This document shows positions 1-13,640 of a stretch of 64,000 bases of DNA, in pieces. The notes beneath the pieces were generated by a model that worked only from the letters and a program-made list of their open reading frames with translations, did not search any database and was not told the DNA's origin. Position 1 is the first letter of the stretch, and every line of letters starts with the position of its first letter. A program made the position numbers and the translations under genes. Source of the DNA: the human T2T-CHM13v2.0 reference genome, Homo sapiens; NCBI RefSeq assembly GCF_009914755.1, contig NC_060925.1, one strand, 5' to 3'.

Positions 1-94
1 CTAGAGGACTTTCTTTAATTTCTTTCTCATCTATCCATTTTATTGTAAGTAGTAAGCAAAGGTGTAAGTCTTGAGAGAAATACATCTCACACGT

Positions 95-300
95 CCATTA
101 TTCATTCATTAATGTATTTAATAAACGTGTTAAATTCATACTGTATACAAGGCACTGTGTTAGCCACTGAGGATGCTGTGATGAAGAGAATGTATTCAGA
201 CCCTGATCTCATAGATCTTACGGCCCAGGAAATAATGCATAAATAAATTCATGACTATACACTTGATAATTGTAATGAAGGAAAGTACAGAATGCTATGA
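95..300 (-). mobile_element. L2 3' end fragment
   Basis: ttcattcatt...aggcactgtgttagccactgagga...ccctgatctcataga resembles the reverse L2 tail. Confidence 0.6.
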
Positions 301-815
301 TATTGGCTCACTTTTTCACCTGTAAAAATGGGAATAATACTAGTACTTACCATTAGGGTTGCGGCAATATCTAAATGCGTTATTTTACGTAAAGCATTTA
401 GAACACGCCTGGCACCCAGTAGTATTTAGTGTTTAACTATTATGATCATTAGTTTTATCACTATTTATCATTATCATCATTATCATTAGTCTAGTGTTAT
501 TATTGTTATCATTCTGGGGCCTAAAGTAGATTAGAAGATAGGAAAGAACTCTATAAATAAATGACTTTAAACTGGAGTCCTGAACACTGAGTAGCTGGGG
601 TAGATCGAGGGGCGGTGGTCCTGAGAGAGTAACCAACACCTCAGAGATGCCACAGCCAGAGAACTGGGCACTTTGAACAACAGTAAGGGACGCAGCCACA
701 GAGACTGAGAGATGCCAGGTTAAGCAGAACATTTGTAAGTCATGGTAGACATGTAGATTTTACTGCAAATTCAGTTGGGAGCCATTAAAAGATTTTGAGA
801 AACAGATTGACGTGA

Positions 816-1157
<342 letters not shown>

Positions 1158-1284
1158 TTATATGCATTTTAAATACACAACTTCTCTTTGAGCCCCAAGT
1201 CTGGGTTAGTGACATCTCATACATGCTCCCAGTACCTGTATTTTCTCTGTAATAATACTCAGCTCCTGCCCCTTCCATGTACCT

Positions 1285-1520
1285 CCTGGTTAAGAAGACA
1301 GGCTCTGCAGCAAGACTGCCTGCACTTAGTTCTAGTTCAATACCTTTCTTTCTCTGTATGATTGTAGAGAAGTAATTCAACATCCCTGGGTCTTGATTTT
1401 CTTACATGTTTAATGGGGATAATAATAGAACCTTCTGCATAGAATTGTTTTAAGAGCAAAATTAAAACACTTAGAACAGTGGCTGGCACACATAAAGCAC
1501 TAAATAAATATTAGTTGTTT
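1285..1520 (+). mobile_element. MIR
   Basis: ggttaagaagacaggctctgcagcaagactgcctg...atggggataataatagaacc...cttagaacagtggctggcacac. Confidence 0.7.
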
Positions 1521-2291
1521 TTAATATATTGTAACTGCCTATTTTCTTGACTGTTTATACACTAGACTGTATGCTTAGTTCCTGGCACAAGGCAGGTGTT
1601 CAAAAATATTTACTGAAAAAAGAATGAACAAGGAAAGAGAGGTAGTGCAATAAATTGTAACTAAAAGAAGAGAAAGATTGCTGTCCTATTCATGGGAAAA
1701 TAGGCTTTCTTGAAACTGGGGTATATTCTGATAAGGAGGAGCCTGCTTATGGGGCCAGAGAAACTGAATGACTTTGCAGCTGCCCAGCTGCTACAGCTTT
1801 GGGGAACTTGAAATAACATCCGTGGAACAAAAATTTGTTTCAGAATCTGTGATGCCAATCTGGACTGCCATCTGCACAAAAAGAAAACTGGGCTCATGAA
1901 AGAGCTTTTTCATTCTCTTGGGCTATGTGACTATCTCTCTGGAAAGCAAATGCAAGGCTAAACCTCCGGAGTTCTCCATTTGCTGCCTTTGGAAGGACAG
2001 TCTCACCAAAAGAGCCAGTCATCCTACTAAGAACATAACACTATGACTTCCTTTTCATCCCTGCATTGCTAATAGGGCCTCAAAGGAACAAGGGCTCAGT
2101 TCTGTGAAGTAAACACACACCTTTAGTGTAGTGAATAAACACTGGAAGAAGCTTTTCACATATTTGTAAGCTCGGAAGTCTTTTAGGCATTGAGTAGCAG
2201 CAGCTCCTTTATTGCTTCATGCAGCTGCACGGGGTACCTGCCCGGACAAACAATGAATCCTTCAGCTCTCTGAATGTTCCAGTTCTGTGCC

Positions 2292-2336
2292 GTGTGTGTG
2301 TGTGTATGTGTGTTTGTGTGTGTGTGTGGTGTGTGC
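2292..2336. repeat. (TG)n microsatellite, imperfect
   Basis: gtgtgtgtgtgtgtatgtgtgtttgtgtgtgtgtgtggtgtgtg. Confidence 0.9.
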
Positions 2337-2865
2337 ATGCATACGTGCATGTGTGCTGGTTTGTTACTTGTATATCCCAGGGGAAAATAAGGGTTCTTTG
2401 CATGCTTTTTGTCAACACAATGGGTCTCTGTTCTCACTGACCTGGTTTTCCTTTATTCCTTCCCTCTCATCACAAGTTTAGGCAGTCTGGCTTTCCTCAT
2501 CCACAGAGCAAGGCCTTCCCCTGATTTACCCCTCTCTGCATGCTCTTCACACTTCCAAACCATTTTCCATATAGGCCCCTTAAATCTAATTTAAATACTT
2601 CCCTCTGGAAAGCCTCAAATGATGAGTCCTGCCTAATTGCTCCCTCCTGTACATGTCCTATGTTGCTTTCTAAAAGCATCATAGCTCTTTATGTCATGGG
2701 CATAAGTTCTTCCTTCATTATTTGTCAGGTGTGTGTGCACTCCTTAAGCTAAAATTTTATATTATGGCATCTCACTGAGCCAAGAGGAAGGAGGAGTACT
2801 TGTGTGAATAAGACCTAGACTCTGATTGTGAGTTTAAACCATTTGGAAATAAGAAATAAGATACA

Positions 2866-3087
2866 TTACTTGAGGCCAGGAGTTCAAGACCAGCCTGGCC
2901 AACATAGTGAAATCCCGACTCTACTAAAAATACAAAAAATTAGCCAGATGTGGTGGCACACTCCTGTAATCCCAGCTGCTCAGGAGGCTGAGGCAAGAGA
3001 ATCGCTTGAACTCGGGAAGTGGAGATTGCAGTGAGCCAGGATTGCACCACTGCACTCCAGAGCGAGACTCTGTCTCAAAAAAAAAAA
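2866..3087 (+). mobile_element. 5'-truncated AluS with small internal deletion
   Basis: cttgaggccaggagttcaagaccagcc...tgtctcaaaaaaaaaaa; TAAGATACAT on both sides; cactccag|agcgagact lacks about 12 nt of consensus. Confidence 0.9.
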
Positions 3088-3110
3088 GTAAGATACATCA
3101 AGATAGGGAC

Positions 3111-3481
3111 TGTGTCAGTCATGGTCCTCTACAGAAACAGAATCAGCAGTAGGACAATATTCACTTTAAGAATTTGGCTCATGAAATTATAGTGGTTGAC
3201 AAGCTTGAAATCTATAGAGCAGAAAGTAAATTCAGGCAGTAATTAATGCTGCAGTCTTCAGGCACAATATGTTCTTTTCCAGGAAGCCACAGTTTCTGCT
3301 CACAACTGACTGCACAAGGCCCACCAACATCATCGGGGGTAATCTCCTTTACTTTAAGTCTATTGATTGTAGATGTTAACCACATCTACAAAATACCTTT
3401 CACAGCCAACACCTAGATCAATATTGATTAAATAACAGGGCACTATAGACTAGCCAAGTCAGCACATACAACTAATTATCA
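3111..3481 (-). mobile_element. MLT2 (ERVL) solo LTR, MLT2D-like
   Basis: tgtgtcagtcatggtcctctacagaaacagaatc...ctagccaagtcagcacatacaactaattatca; 5-bp flanks gggac/aggac. Confidence 0.75.
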
Positions 3482-6400
3482 AGGACCCATCAACCAACAA
3501 CCCCAAACACCTGTCTTTGGAATTAGACTGGAATTATGCCTAGCTCTTCTACAAACAAGATGTATAAAATCCAGGACAATAAAAATTTTTGTATTATTTC
3601 TGATTGAGTCTTCACTTCAAAACAAAATAAAATAATCATTCATCCTAGCTCACAGAATTGTTTTGAAAACCAAATGATAGTTCGAAACACCAGAAGCGCA
3701 AGCTATTGGTACTTTGAACACCTTGACAGTGTGCAAGTAGTGGCAGCACACCTGTTAAATATTGGTGGCCACACAAACACATCACCATTCTCTCTACTGA
3801 GCAGACATGAGAGAAGAGAAAATCTTGGGCTTTTGCTTTACACGAATGCCAATCAATTTGTGCCTAGTATCTGGAACACACAACTGATTATCTTAAACTC
3901 AATGGAGGGAAATATCTTTAAAAGAAGTTAATTTGGACCAGAAATATCTCAGGGGAGGTAGGAGTGAGGTTGGAGCATTCTTTATGTACATTTCCACAGA
4001 GTTGAGTATGAAACTTTATTCCCTGTAAAAACAAATTGGAAATTTGAATGTGAATCCAATTTGCCAGGTTATCCTTGAGACGCCCTTCCTTCTCACACCT
4101 GGATATTAAAACTTATCTCCATTTCCCTGTGAGTCTTGTATTCCTGTCACTAAAAATTCCTCCAGCCTCTTTGCAGAGCACATTGGCACCAGGCCCCCTT
4201 CTAAAGCCACAATGCCGAAGTTCTGATTGCACCTCCGTATTCCTATGTTTCCGGTAAGTCTTTTAAAGACATTTGGCTCCTGCCTCTGGTCTTGAATATT
4301 TTAGGCCTATTGAGTTTAGAATCTAGAGAAAATAGCAGATTAAATGTAGCTCAGGAACAAGAGGGTGTTGTCCAGAGAAAGCTGAGAGTGACTGGCACAG
4401 CAGACGTAAACATCGTCACCAGGGTGTACATAGCTTTAACTCAGGTACCTGCACGGGCATCACAGGCAGCATGGCACAGATAGTTCACAGGCCTGGGTAT
4501 CTATGCTTATGGACTGGCCTTCCAAGTGCAGTTTCCTGCTCACTCTTATTTATCTTCTGATAAAGAATTGCTCCCAGCAAATTACTAAACTAAACCTACT
4601 GCTGATACTTTTACTCCAGTTGTAAAAACACATTACTCCCTCTGCTTCTGCAGAAGTGGAACATGCTTCTACAATTCCCTTTTCTAAATTTGTTGATGGA
4701 TTACTTATTGCCCCACTCCTCAAGTTTCTGTGGAGGGGATTCCATCTAATCTTTAACAGGGAACAGTTTTTGGGAAATATTACCTTTTCTCCCTTCTGTG
4801 CTGCGAGAGCAGAGGGCAAAGACAAGTAACAGTGAGTGGGAATTATAGGAGAGGTTTTTGCCTCAGTGAGCCTTTTAACCCACTAGAGATCTGGAAGAAA
4901 ATGGAGTGGGTTTCTCTGGGAGGTGATTTGTTCTGCATTCCCTTGCTAGAAGATCACTTGCCTAGACATATGTAGGAAGTTTAACATGGGTTTTCCTCAT
5001 TTGGAAGAAGGGTGGATTCAATCACTTCTGAGATTTTTCTTGTGTTAGGAGCATATATGATGGAACTGTGTTTTGGTAAATCAGTTTCAGTTCTACACTG
5101 CCCCTAAAGTATTTTGCTTGTTTTCAGAGGTCTGTCCATAAAGCATTTGTTTCAAATACAAGGCATGGGGGAGGAGGTGTTATCACAATATCAAACCCCT
5201 GCTAAGTATCAGATTTTCTATTAGGTACTCTGCAAAGGAGATCTGTTTTTATCCTCAACAACCTTCTATTAAGTCAATATCATTATCCCATTTTTTTTAA
5301 CCAATAAAACTATGCCTCCATGAATGTAACTAGTAGTATAAAGACACTCACTCAGCTTGTAACAGACAGACCTAGGATCGGAACCATAAAGACACTCAGC
5401 TAGTAAGCAGTAGAGTTAGGATGTGAACACTGCCTTGTTTGGCTCAGAAGCCTGTGTACTTGGCATGAGCTCTCTGTGCTGTCCAGTAAGTAAAGGTGCA
5501 TGTGATGCCCACACAGGTACCTGCGTTGAAGGTACGTACACCCTTGAGATGGTGTTTACATCTGTGGTTCCAATCACTCTCAGCTGTCTCTGAACAATAC
5601 CAACTTGTTCTTCAGCAACATTTAATCTGTTTTTTTTTCCTCCAGATTCTAGAACTAGAGAGAATTTAGAAGAAAATACATTTCAAGCTTTAGTTTTCCC
5701 TCATGGGAATAACTGAGCCAATAGGGAGGTGGCAGTGTCTTCCTCTCTTCTAGGAATAAGTCTCCTTCCCTGAAAGACTTTTGGGTTTTGAGTAAGCCAT
5801 CCTGGCAGGGAAAAGAGGCAGGGGAGAATTTTTAGGACGTAACAGAGCTGTGGGAGACATATCTCCAGTGCATTACTCACTGCTTAAAAGACACCCCCAG
5901 CCTCTGACATCACAAGGAGAGAGAATTAGATTTCAGATCAGTAGTGAAACTGAGGTGTGTCTTGCTTGAACACAAGGAGGCAGCCATCCAACTCTAGGCT
6001 GGCTCTGGAAAGTCCCATTTTGAATAATTTGCTTCTTATGATGCTTTGTTCAGCTTCCCTACCTTAAGTGAAACTGTGTGACTTAAATGAAAGAGCACTG
6101 AGCTGAAACTCAGGAAACCTAAATTTCAGTACTGGCACCAACCAGGTGTGTAACCAGAAGTAAATCCTTTAACCTTTCTAGACTCAGTCATCTTTAGTTT
6201 AAATTATTTTGAGTCTTTGAGTCTTAGAATTCAATCTTACTTCAGATTTCTATAATGGCTCCTGGCCCAAAAATAGTGGTGTGTGGGTGTTGACATGGAT
6301 AATTCTTTGTCACGGAGGAAACAGCCCCTCAGTAAGAATCTGGAATTCAAGCCTAGGTCTCTTTGGTCTAACTCCAAAACCTAGGCTTCTTCCACCTCTC

Positions 6401-6815
6401 CTACCCTGACAAGAGGCCATACTATTGTTTCATAACAAAGTGTATCTTTATTATTTTTATAATCCCTGTTAGCCTTGTCATTGGCACAGTTCATTAGCAA
6501 ACATTCATTGAGTGCTTATGAGTGCTGGGAAAATAAAAAGGAAGGGGACATGGTGCCTGACCTAAGCTTAAAAGCATTTTCATAAGGAGATTCTGGAGCC
6601 ACACTGCCTGGATTTAGATCCCAGTTCTACTATTTTTAGACTAATCATTTCTTAAACTTTCTGCATACCTCAGTTGCTTCATCCTCATTTTCTTCATCTT
6701 TAAAATTTTCCTCTTAGAGTTGTTTTAAGGATTAAATTTGTTGCTTCTGTAAAACATTTAAAATAGTGCCAATTATAGAGGAAAGACCAAATACATCATT
6801 GCCGTTATTGTTACT

Positions 6816-6862
6816 ATTATATATATATGTGTATATATGTATATATATATGTATATATGTAT
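6816..6862. repeat. (TA)n/(TATG) microsatellite at the end of a MIR
   Basis: tatatatatatgtgtatatatgtatatatatatgtatatatgtat. Confidence 0.85.
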
Positions 6863-7328
6863 GTCAGTCCCCTTGTGTCAGGAGTCTTAGAAGGTTGCAA
6901 CTGGGTCTTGTTTGCTGGCACTTAATAAATGTTTGTTGGATCCAATTATTCAACACATATTTACAATGTTTCTACTATGCACAAAGCCCTCTGATGGATC
7001 CTTGGTAGAATCCAGAATTTTTACAACTTACTTTTTAAAAAATTACCATGTTTTAGAGCTTGCGTAAGTATAATTTGGAATTTTTTTTCTCTTTCAATAT
7101 TTCTCTTCTTTCTTTTTCTGTGGCCCTTGTATAGAAAGTATTGAGGAACTGAGAGGAAGATATCTCACACATATGCTTGCTAACTTAATCATATGAGCCA
7201 TCCTGGAGGAGGTGGGGTTAACAACACACCAAAAAGAAGATTCTTCTCTTTCTTAAATGATAAATGTCTTTTAGAACTCTGATGTCAGACAAGAGAGTAC
7301 TGCTTACTTTTAATGGGTTTTCTGTGTC

Positions 7329-7374
7329 AGAGAGAGAGAAGGGAGAGAGAGCGAGAGAAAGAGAGAGAGAGAGA
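7329..7374. repeat. (GA)n microsatellite
   Basis: agagagagagaagggagagagagcgagagaaagagagagagagaga. Confidence 0.85.
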
Positions 7375-7384
7375 TTCATTCACC

Positions 7385-7630
7385 ACTTTCTCATTGACTC
7401 ATTCATTCACCCTAAAAGCACCTGGCGAGTACTCACCACAACATGAATCAGGCATTATGCCTGGGTAATGCTGGATAATGGAGATACAGAAATGAATAAA
7501 ACATGGTTTCTTCTTTGGGAGAGTTAACAGTCGTGGGGCAGACAAACATAACTTGATTTATAATGCAGTGTAATAAGAATTTTTCAGAAGCATGAATAAA
7601 GTGCTCTGGAAGGACACAGGAAGGCAGGTA
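7385..7630 (-). mobile_element. L2 3' fragment
   Basis: ctcattcattcac...ggagatacagaaatgaataaaacatgg...gtgctctggaaggacacaggaagg. Confidence 0.6.
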
Positions 7631-7979
7631 GTTGGGAGCAAGATCCTATCCTAAGTACAAATAACACTCTGTACTGAGCTGTACCTAGGAAATTTATAAA
7701 TTGGATTTTATTAAATTTTAAAAATTAGTATTTCCCATAGCTCGGTCATTCATTATACGCCAAGTGTTCAGCCATTTCAGCTCAAGTTAGCATATTCTTT
7801 GAGCACCTATTATAACCAAGTGGATTAGGAGACTACATATTAATTCTGACCATGACTAGGACAAGGAAGGTATAAGATATATGATTTGAACTCTGCCTTA
7901 AAGAATAGATAGTATTTCATAAGGCAAAGTGAGAAATAGTTTTTAAGAGGGCAGACCATGCTCAAACAAATGGAGGCCA

Positions 7980-8146
7980 GCCAGGTGCAGTGGTGCATAC
8001 CTGTAGTTCGATCTACTCAGGAGGCTGAGGCAGGAGGATTGCTTGAGCCCAGGAGTTTGAAGCTGTAGTGCACCAAGATCATTGCAGTGAATAACCACTT
8101 CACTCCTACTGGGCAACAAAACAAGACCCCATCTCAAAAAAATAAA
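7980..8146 (+). mobile_element. FAM (fossil Alu monomer)
   Basis: Single monomer with gctgtagtgcaccaagatcattgcagtgaataaccacttcactcc, i.e. the GTGAATAGCCACTGCACTCC segment typical of FAM; A tail. Confidence 0.75.
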
Positions 8147-8660
8147 GTATGCAGATGAAAAAGTATAGGTTTAATTGCTTAGTTATTGGAATGAAAGTCA
8201 CCCTAGGGGATTAGTGAAGAAAGGATAGGGTGTAGGGATATGCAGGACATTAGACAGGAAAGATGGCTGGGCAAAGTAAAAAGGGCTTTGCATACCTTCC
8301 AAGATTTTATTTTGTGTGCAGCGAGGAGCCACTGATATTTGTTCATCAGGGAAATACATTATCAAAGCAGTGCTTCTTGGGATGGTTAATGTGGTTTTGG
8401 CTACAGTGACAGGAAGCAGATTCAGGCTTGGAATCAGAAAACATAACAGAGATTGATGAATTGGGATTACTTGTGTGATCTTGAGCAAGTTCATAATCAT
8501 TTCTGAGCTTTAGCCTCCTCATCTATATAGCAAGCAAGATGAAATTACGACAAGAGCAACAATCACAACAACAATGTTTATTGATCATTACTCTCTGAAT
8601 AGCATGGTGGTAGGGCATTTCCTTGTAATGTTTAAGCCTCAAAACAACTCTGTGAGTTCT

Positions 8661-8800
8661 TAAAAAGGTAAACGTAAATTTACCCATATGACCCACCAAT
8701 TCCACTCTTAGATATCTACACAACACAAATTGAAGACGTATAGTCTTTCAATATATGTTCCACAAAGTCGAACACAAATGTTATTAGCAGCATTATTTAT
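8661..8800 (+). mobile_element. Old L1M ORF2-end fragment
   Basis: ccatatgacccaccaattccactcttagatatctac...aatgttattagcagcattattt. Confidence 0.7.
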
Positions 8801-9184
8801 TTGTTTTTAACTTTTGATTTTTAAAAATATATTTAGGGGGTACAAGTGCAGGCTTCTTACATGAATATATTGCATAGTGATGAAGTCTGTGGGCCTTTAT
8901 TGTATCCATCACCCAAATAGTGAACATTGTACCCATTAAGAAATTTTCAACTCTCACACCCCCTTACCCTTCCACCTTTTGTAGTCTCCAACAGCCATTA
9001 TTTCACTCTATATGTCCATGTGTCCACTGTTTAACTCCCACTTATAAGTGAAAACATGCAGTATTTGATTTTCTGTTTCTGAGTTAATTCACTGAGGCTA
9101 GTGGCCTCCAGTTCCACTCATGTTGCTGTGAAAGATACCATTTCATTATTTTTATGGCTGAGTAGTATTCCATGGTATATATAT
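8801..9184 (-). mobile_element. L1MA/L1PB 3' end
   Basis: ggggtacaagtgcagg...cccacttataagtgaaaacatgcagtatttg...tttatggctgagtagtattccatggtatat. Confidence 0.85.
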
Positions 9185-11166
9185 CTTAGCTGATCCTGAC
9201 TCAAGCAGCAGTTGCCCAGACGGATTAGAGGAGTGACAGGAACCAAGAAAAGAGCTGTACAATGCTGCAGGCAGGAAGTAACAAGAGCTTACCAAAGGCA
9301 CTGTCAGGAAGAAAGAACCAAAGGTGTTGACAATGAAGCCAAACTAGGGTAAGGCTCCTAATTGTACCATATTTTAACTTCTCTAAACAATCATTTAGGA
9401 TGCTTGATTCTATGAACAAGAGAAGACAAAGAATAGAGGACTTCCTTTCCTTCAGCAAACAGCTGACACACTTTCCCATCATAAACTTCGTAATTCAGGA
9501 TGTAAAACCAGATCCAACAACCAAACCCAGCTAGAAGGTTAAATAAATAAGTGCTAAATAAATAAACATGATTTTTCTTTTCCTTGGCCCATGAGTCTCC
9601 ATAGAAGATGCCATGTGCTTCTGGTAATTGAAGTCTACTAGTCAATTTTCCTTTCTTTGTAAAATTGGGGGAATGGCCTACTCAGGGTTATAAACTGAAA
9701 CTTTGAGGAGTTGGAACTTTTTGTATGTTTTGTTTTACATTTTCTCGTCATGAGCCCCATCATTAATACTAATTATGAATCACAGGTGAGGGAGTGCACC
9801 TAACATTTCATCTTTTATTTTGAAATGCTATTAAAACTCAAAAGGCAGAAACATAGCCTGTGGCCTTGGCAGATGCAGGACTAGGTGATTTAATGGGGTT
9901 TTTCCTGCATTACTTTCTATGACTGATATTTTGTGGTGCAGATGTGACTGCCACATTGTGAAACATTATTATTAATAAATCCACATTCCCCGAAACAAAC
10001 AAGACAGCATGGCAAACAGTGGTGTTTGCTCTGTATACATTTGGGTTGGTTTTTCATCATTTCCTAGGACCAAGGCCCTGCTGCTTCCCATCACATTGGT
10101 GAAAAATGTGAGAATTCACAGTTTGCCTATTTTGGCAACATAAACATGGGAAAACTTGTGGTCACAGGGTCAGGACTCTTCGTTCTGGAGGGCCTGGTAG
10201 CAAGTGGATGGGGTCGTGAGGGAGCTTCCTTAGGGAGGACAATATTGAATCTAGAAGTTCACAAGACTTAGCCCATGTAATAAAGAGAATATTCTGAATA
10301 CCCTTTAATATTCAGTCTTTCAGTCACTGTCCCCAAAGAGCCAAGAAAAGCTAATGTATGCCCCCCCATGGTAATTAATGTTCAAGCTTGAAGAAACTTG
10401 AAGAAATCTTAAACGTAGCAACACTAACTGCCAGGTTTGTTAGCTGTTATAAGAATTCAGCCAGTCACAACACATTCAAAATGCCATTATTAGACACTGA
10501 CTATGTGTGTAGCAGGGTTCTAAATTACAGTCCCAGTCCTCAGAGGGATTATAGTGAATGCAGGTGGGGATAATATTTAAATGTGACACATTTACATATT
10601 AACTAACAATTAAAGTGGATGGTGGTTTTCTTCTCAGTGAAGACTTTCAGAGCTGTCCTGCCCCCACAACTGGCGAGTGGAGCCTCCATCTTCGAATCCA
10701 AACAATTCGATCTCACTCTATTAGAGATAATAGAAAGGTCATGAGTTTTGACATCAGAAACTCACAAGTCTTAATCACACATTGCCTGTGTATTAGGTGG
10801 ATTGTAAACTCCCTGAGGGCAAAGTCTGTTTAAACACTGCGTATCTCAGAACCCAGCACAGTGCCCAACATTTACTAGGCACTCCACAAATATTTGATGT
10901 TGAACACATAAAATTAGCTGTAATCCTAGCAAAGTTAACTTCTGAGTCCAGCGTTCCTCTTGGTGAAACAGGAGGAATCACACCTGCTTTAAAGGAGCTG
11001 AGAGGTTGACTAGAACGGAGGGTGAGGAGGAAGACTCCAGACTTTCCTTGCCTGGGCCCAAATTCTGGCCTGGCAATCATTAGCTCTGTGATTTTGAGCA
11101 AATAACTTGTCTTTGCCTCTGTTTCCCACACCAGCAAATAAGGACAATAATATCGCCTACGTTTTA

Positions 11167-11462
11167 GGCTAGGCATAGTGGCTCATGGATTTTTGGAGGC
11201 TGAGGTGGGAGGATTTCTTGAGGCCAGGAGTTTGAGAGCAGCCTGGGCAACATAACAAGACCTTATACCTACAAAACAAAACTTTATAAAAGTAGCTGAG
11301 CATGGTGGTGTGTACTTGTAAGTCCTAGCTACTTGGGAGGCTGAGGCAGGAGGATGACTTGAGTCCAGGAGTTGGAGATGGCAGTGAGCTATGATTGTGC
11401 CACTGCACTCCAGCCTGGGTGACAGAGTAAGACCCTGTCTCTAAAAAAACAAAACAAAAAAC
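11167..11462 (+). mobile_element. AluJ inserted in a MIR
   Basis: ggaggatttcttgaggccaggagttt, gcagtgagctatgattgtgccactgcac, gaccctgtctctaaaaaaac. Confidence 0.9.
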
Positions 11463-11884
11463 TGTATTAGCCCATTATTGCATTGCCGTAAAGAAATACC
11501 AAAGGTTAGGTAATTTATAAAGAAAAGAGGTTTCGTTGACTCACAGTTCTGTATGATGGCCTACAGGAAGCATAATAATGTCATCTGCTTGGCTTCTGGG
11601 GATACCTGAGGAAACTTAACAGTCATGGCAGAAGGTGAAGGGGAAGCAGGCATGACACACAGCCAGAGCAGGGGCAAGAGAGAGAGGGCAAGGTGCCACA
11701 CTTTTAAATAGCCAGATCTTATGAGAAATCACTCACTACCGCAAACACACCACCAAGGGAATGGTGCTAAACCATTGATGAGAAAACCAACCACATGATT
11801 CAGTCACTTTCAACCAGGCCCCACCTCCAACACTGAGGATTACATTCCAACCTGAGAGTTAGGTGGGACATCCAAACCATATCA
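11463..11884 (-). mobile_element. MSTA-like MaLR solo LTR
   Basis: tgtattagcccattattgcattgccgtaaagaaatacc...catggcagaaggtgaaggggaagcagg...ccaggccccacctccaacac...catccaaaccatatca. Confidence 0.88.
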
Positions 11885-12444
11885 CAAACCTACTTTTTCA
11901 GTTTGTTATGAGGATTAAATGAATATTTGTATAGTTCTTAGACTAGGGCCTGGTACATAGTGTGTTCTATGAAAATAGTTTTAAAATGCCTTATATAGCC
12001 TGCTACAAATGACGCTGAATAAATGTTAAAGAACGTGAAGTTTGACCCCCATTTCCTAAACTAGCGCCTGGCTTACTATAAATACACAGAATGGAATATA
12101 ATTATTAATTGGGTGTTACAGGTTTTCTGAAGCTCAAGCTAGAAATATGGGTTTGTGGGCTAGAAATATGGGGAAGAGCTTCATCAAGGACAAGGAACAA
12201 AATTGTACCTTAGTGGAATTAAATGGCAGTGATAAGGAGTTCACAGAGAAGGCATATAATCTGCAAAAGCTGGAGGAAAGAAGGATCAGGTCACAGTCAC
12301 AAGATGCTCCACCATCAACAGGACTTGGCACCAGTTTCTGGGAGAATAATTTGTCATGATCCAGCTTTTTAAGTGAGCTTGACCAAAGCTCTGCTTTAGT
12401 TCTGTGGTTTCAACTGCACAGATTAATACTTTGATGGCTGCTTG

Positions 12445-13640
12445 TTTATTCATTTATTTATTGAGGAAGTATTTATGTAGATTCTACTATGTGCCAGACA
12501 TTTTGCTAGGCAGTGGTGAATAAAATAGAAATGGAAGACTGGGCAACATATACCTGGGTCTACAAAACAATAAAAATAAAAATAAAATAGCCAGGGGCAG
12601 TGACACATGCCTGTGATCTCAGCCTCTCAGGAGGCTGAGGCAGGAGGATCCCTTGAGCCCAGTAGTTAGAGGCTACAATGAGCCATGATGGTGTCTCTGC
12701 TTTCCAACCTGAGTGACAGAGCAAGACCTGTCTCAAGAAAGAAAAAAAGAAAAGAAATGGACTTCCTCTCTTTTGGACCAGGAGGGAGAGACAGACTATA
12801 AACAGGAAAATAAATAGATTTTGATAAGTGCTTCAAAGGATATTAAAAGGGCACGGTATTGCTCAGATGGAAAAATGGGAAAAGGTCTGTCCAAGGAGGT
12901 GATATTTCTATGGAATCTAGAAAGATAAGAAGGAAAAAGGAGACTATTCCAGGATGGGAAACATAATATTCAAAGGTCTTGAGAAAGGTATATTTGAGAA
13001 AGAAGGCCGGTGTGGCTGGAACAGAGTGAGCTAGGAGTGAGTGGTGAAAAATGGGGTTGGTGGCATATAGACAGGGCCAGGTCTCGCAGGATCTTGTAGG
13101 TGGTGGTAAGCTATTTGGATTATATTAAAGCAAATTGGGCAGCCACTGAAAAAAATGGAGAAGAGAAAATGTTATATATATATATATATTTTTAAAAATG
13201 TAACTCAGATTTCAATGTGTAATAAATTGGATTGGAAAGAGAGGATATGAGGGGAATGTTGAAGAAGTCTGAGCAAGAGGTGATGCTTGCCTAATCAAGA
13301 ATGGTAGCAGGAGGAAGTGAGGGAAGTGGACCGATGTGTAATATATTCTGTAGGTGAAATAGATAAGATGATGCTGATAAATTAGATGGGGAGGGACTGA
13401 AAGTAGAAATAGTAAGGGAGAGAAAAGATTCAAGAATGAAATCCAGGCTTCTGGCTTGAACCACTGAGTGAGTATTAATGCCAATGACTAAGTTGAAAAT
13501 GTTAAAAGAGGGAACATTGAAAGGTGGATTGAGGAAAAACTCAGGAGTTTGGTTTTAGATGTTAATTTTCAGTGATCTGATGTAGCCAAGAAGAGATATC
13601 AACACAGCAGAGAAAAGATTAGGCAGAGAGATAAGTTTTA
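12445..13640 (-). mobile_element. Long L2 fragment (interrupted by an Alu)
   Basis: tactatgtgccagacattttgctagg, ggccggtgtggctggaacagagtgag, ccaggcttctggcttgaaccactgagtga, caggagtttggttttagatgtt. Confidence 0.75.
12537..12752 (+). mobile_element. 5'-truncated AluJ
   Basis: ctgggcaacata...ggaggatcccttgagccc...gagcaagacctgtctcaagaaag; AGAAATGGA on both sides. Confidence 0.82.

Noticed and set aside
7649-7690. Short inverted repeat tcctaagtaca...tgtacctagga
   Set aside because: 11 bp with one mismatch; could be chance or a tiny transposon remnant, no further support.
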